Shown: positions 61,697 through 64,000 of the stretch, in pieces | Layout: each line of letters opens with the position of its first letter | Numbering within the stretch: position 1 is the stretch's first letter | From: a virus | Lineage: Duplodnaviria; Caudoviricetes | IMG/VR virus record: IMGVR_UViG_3300008262_000055 | Reading direction: 5' to 3' (one strand) | DNA: 64,000 nucleotides | Notes under the pieces: generated by a model | What the model was told of the DNA's origin: nothing | The model's database searches: none | The model's input: only the letters and a program-made list of their open reading frames with translations | Position numbers and translations under genes: made by a program

Positions 61697-61956
61697 TTCA
61701 ATCTATTTCCTTCTGCGGTGCCCCAACGAAGCATAAACATTGAAGCATCTCTTTCATTTTCAAATTGGAAATACAGTGCGTGATAACTTTCACATCGCCA
61801 TATACTCACACAGTTTTCTTCGCACCATGCTTTCATCTTAGGCAATATTTCGTATCCAACGGTATCAAAGTTTATACGATGACTAAAGGTGGCACGAGCT
61901 CTTGTCGCCAAGATCTCGTTCACACTACCAACCTTTAAACCTGTTCCTATTGCCAT
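61693..61956 (-). CDS. Small protein, WC...FxLxW family
   Basis: WCEENC...FQFENERDASMFMLRWG. Confidence 0.75.
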   Translation of the reverse strand: MAIGTGLKVGSVNEILATRARATFSHRINFDTVGYEILPKMKAWCEENCVSIWRCESYHALYFQFENERDASMFMLRWGTAEGNRLK

Positions 61957-62162
61957 ATTAAACTGAACATCAATGCGTCTTTGGGATCACGAAAGAAGAA
62001 ATGTGTATGTCCAAACATACTGTCAATACTCCATTTAGCGTTTTCGGGATCTTTTGTAAATGCGTAGTAACCACCCGGGCCTAGTTTTGTTTCACACCAC
62101 GTGAGCATGGCTCTTTGTTCATGAAATCGATCCTTGCCAAAACTAAATCTAATTAACTCCAT
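61947..62162 (-). CDS. Small protein, WC...FxLxW family
   Basis: WCETKLG...FFFRDPKDALMFSLIWQ; start moved to MELIRF. Confidence 0.7.
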   Translation of the reverse strand: MELIRFSFGKDRFHEQRAMLTWCETKLGPGGYYAFTKDPENAKWSIDSMFGHTHFFFRDPKDALMFSLIWQ

Positions 62163-62479
62163 GTACGATGATCCTCGGCTACCCATTCGTTGCCATCGTA
62201 TTCAGTTACATGCCAAGAAACATCACCCGGTATTTCTACAATTTTTAAATTAGCATGAACACCGTTAGCACTTATACCCAGTTCTTTGACAACTTTGATA
62301 AGGTAAGGATCGTCACGAGGAATATCTCGGTCATGGAAATCTTTTTCAACGAGTCCAGCTAATTTCATGTACTCGTTCATAGCACGATCACTCAGACCAA
62401 AGCCACCATAACAGGTATTAATTACAACATGTCGTACCCCAGTCTTTAGATCTTCTAAAAACTTTTGTGCGTCAGACAT
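62153..62479 (-). CDS. Conserved hypothetical phage protein
   Basis: VVINTCYGGFGLS...RDDPYLI...LKIVEIP...EYDGNEWV. Confidence 0.8.
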   Translation of the reverse strand: MSDAQKFLEDLKTGVRHVVINTCYGGFGLSDRAMNEYMKLAGLVEKDFHDRDIPRDDPYLIKVVKELGISANGVHANLKIVEIPGDVSWHVTEYDGNEWVAEDHRTWS

Positions 62480-63093
62480 TACTTTCCTTTCTTTTTCTTC
62501 TTGATTTTTTTAATAGATTCTTCTACAGGACCAGGTTCGGCATCTGAGAAATCATATTCAGGACGAAGGCTATCTAGTTCTTCTCGAATTTTGTGTTCTT
62601 CGATAGCAAAACGTAGAGCTTCTTCAACTAGTTGATTAAAGGTGATGTCGCGATCATGTGCCAGCTTCATGTACTGTAGCAGTTCATCATCTAAGAACTC
62701 AACTTGCATTTGAACACGAGTATCGTATTCTTCTTCTGCGACAATAGCAATAGCCTTTTGAATAAAATCGTCGTCAACATCGAGATCAACATAATCAACA
62801 TCATCCCAGGCTTGATTGCCTAAAATATTTCGGCCTTCAGCTTCAAGATCATGCTCTGCTTTGTAGTCGGGATTAATCAATCGATAGGCACGATTATTAC
62901 GATAGTCATAGGCACTGACTTCATAGACTTCTTGTGTATTAGTATCAAAGATGATACTGACAGAGTGTCCATCTTGATGGCCATTCCACGAATCTAATCT
63001 GTAAGCATTAGGACCATAACAATTCCACATATATTGACTACCCTCAGTGATTTTGTAGTCAATAATTTCCATAAACTCTTTAACAGTAATCAT
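62479..63093 (-). CDS. Conserved hypothetical phage protein
   Basis: 204 aa; C-terminal AHDRDITFNQLVEEAL (ribbon-helix-helix-like). Confidence 0.75.
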   Translation of the reverse strand: MITVKEFMEIIDYKITEGSQYMWNCYGPNAYRLDSWNGHQDGHSVSIIFDTNTQEVYEVSAYDYRNNRAYRLINPDYKAEHDLEAEGRNILGNQAWDDVDYVDLDVDDDFIQKAIAIVAEEEYDTRVQMQVEFLDDELLQYMKLAHDRDITFNQLVEEALRFAIEEHKIREELDSLRPEYDFSDAEPGPVEESIKKIKKKKKGK

Positions 63094-63257
63094 AATACGA
63101 ATGTTCCGATCATAGAAGTAAGAATAAAAATACCAGACGCAAATCCAATGATGCTCATATAGAAATCACGCTCGTCATTTTTCGAAGAATACAGTTGTGC
63201 CAAAACACCTGACGAAAAGATTGAAGCAACGCCCAAAATTAGTTGTAATGTAGTCAT
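63090..63257 (-). CDS. Small two-TM membrane protein (55 aa)
   Basis: Not in ORF track; AAAGGAG RBS; TTGACG-17 nt-TATACT promoter upstream. Confidence 0.65.
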   Translation of the reverse strand: MTTLQLILGVASIFSSGVLAQLYSSKNDERDFYMSIIGFASGIFILTSMIGTFVL

Positions 63258-63315
63258 GACACTCCTTTCATGTTTATACAGTATAGCATGAAAGCTAACT
63301 TACGTCAACTATATT

Positions 63316-63615
63316 TTAGGTATTCTCGCCAATTGTAAATTTAGATTCTTCACCAACACCCAAAATACAGGCAACTTCAGGATTCATTTTGAGTAGAGTC
63401 CAGCTGCCTGTACGCTCATTCACCCAGAGCGAATACATAGAATCATCATCAACGTGCCTTCCGGCCCAAGATACTTTTTCTTTAAAATTGGATGAAAGAC
63501 TTTCGATTAGTTTTTGAGTTTTATCGCAAACAATAGGGTAATCGTATCTAAATTGGGCGTTGGCTATAGAGCTAGTAAAGCTGAATAGAAACGCCACTAC
63601 TACTAGGTGTTTCAT
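63316..63615 (-). CDS. Hypothetical secreted protein
   Basis: N-terminal signal-like segment; two Cys. Confidence 0.7.
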   Translation of the reverse strand: MKHLVVVAFLFSFTSSIANAQFRYDYPIVCDKTQKLIESLSSNFKEKVSWAGRHVDDDSMYSLWVNERTGSWTLLKMNPEVACILGVGEESKFTIGENT

Positions 63616-63762
63616 AGTGGCTTCCTTTAAAACTTTATTTAACGAATAACTTGTATTATTGTTTTGTCAATGCCCATTTGTCCTTTCCGGACAAATCTCT
63701 GTAACCCTTAATACCAAAATAACAAACACCAAATACAACTAAAAATGCCAATATAATTTTAA

Positions 63763-63972
63763 TCATTCTGCTCTCCTTGCTTTCTTGTAATCAAACCAAC
63801 CAATAACATCTTTAGCATCCTTGTCTTTTACCACTTTCATAAGATGGTCACTCATGATACGTTTGAGATATGGGTAGACAGGACTTGATGAAACTTTGCT
63901 ATCCCAGGCACGGGTATCAAACCCGTTGGCATAATAGATACGTTCGTAGTCTTTTTCCATGGATGTTTTCAT
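63763..63972 (-). CDS. Hypothetical protein (may extend beyond the window)
   Basis: 69 aa ORF at the window edge. Confidence 0.55.
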   Translation of the reverse strand: MKTSMEKDYERIYYANGFDTRAWDSKVSSSPVYPYLKRIMSDHLMKVVKDKDAKDVIGWFDYKKARRAE

Positions 63973-64000
63973 TTCTGGGGTGGCCCATACTCCAAAGTTT

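Noticed and set aside
288-63972. Many short opposite-strand or nested ORFs in the track (e.g. 288-524, 2309-2875, 5459-6649, 7594-9432, 48224-48448, 51711-52513, 53750-55531)
   Set aside because: They are shadows of longer recognisable genes, tRNAs or structured RNAs, with no RBS or motif support.
1-64000. Integrase, transposase, homing endonuclease or group I/II intron
   Set aside because: No such motifs and no interrupted genes seen in the window.

Overview
A 64-kb segment of a large AT-rich T4-like (myovirus-type) phage genome. Evidence for this is TATAAATA late-promoter motifs, consensus sigma70 early promoters, a UUCG terminator, tail-fibre-like genes and dense small hypothetical ORFs. 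Left to right it holds: (i) a glycosyltransferase, queD and putative structural/receptor-binding genes (1-9.5 kb); (ii) early hypothetical genes, a BI-1/YccA membrane protein, an Hc1-like protein and a 110-nt tRNA-like RNA with no normal anticodon loop (9.5-17 kb); (iii) a ~28-kb tailoring-enzyme cluster with 10 radical SAM enzymes, about 8 2OG-Fe(II)/cupin oxygenases, a QueC-like ATPase, two PLP enzymes, an amidinotransferase, a flavin halogenase-like protein, SAM decarboxylase, DUF3445, GNAT, SDR and kinase-like proteins (17-45.4 kb); (iv) phosphatases, IF-1 and an RNA polymerase omega-like protein (45.4-50 kb); (v) a minus-strand array of 31 tRNA genes covering all 20 amino acids, interleaved with several stem-closed structured RNAs, one with a permuted Y-RNA/YrlA-like tRNA fold (48.1-55.3 kb); (vi) ClpP and many small early ORFs, including two paralog families (56-64 kb). 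The most striking signal is at the head of the tRNA array. A sigma70 promoter drives a 47-codon leader ORF whose first 37 codons encode all 20 amino acids. Its 3' end forms an antiterminator that is mutually exclusive with a strong intrinsic terminator. This looks like a ribosome-stalling attenuator that would switch on the phage tRNA array when any host tRNA runs short. All calls were made by eye; no database searches or folding programs were run.
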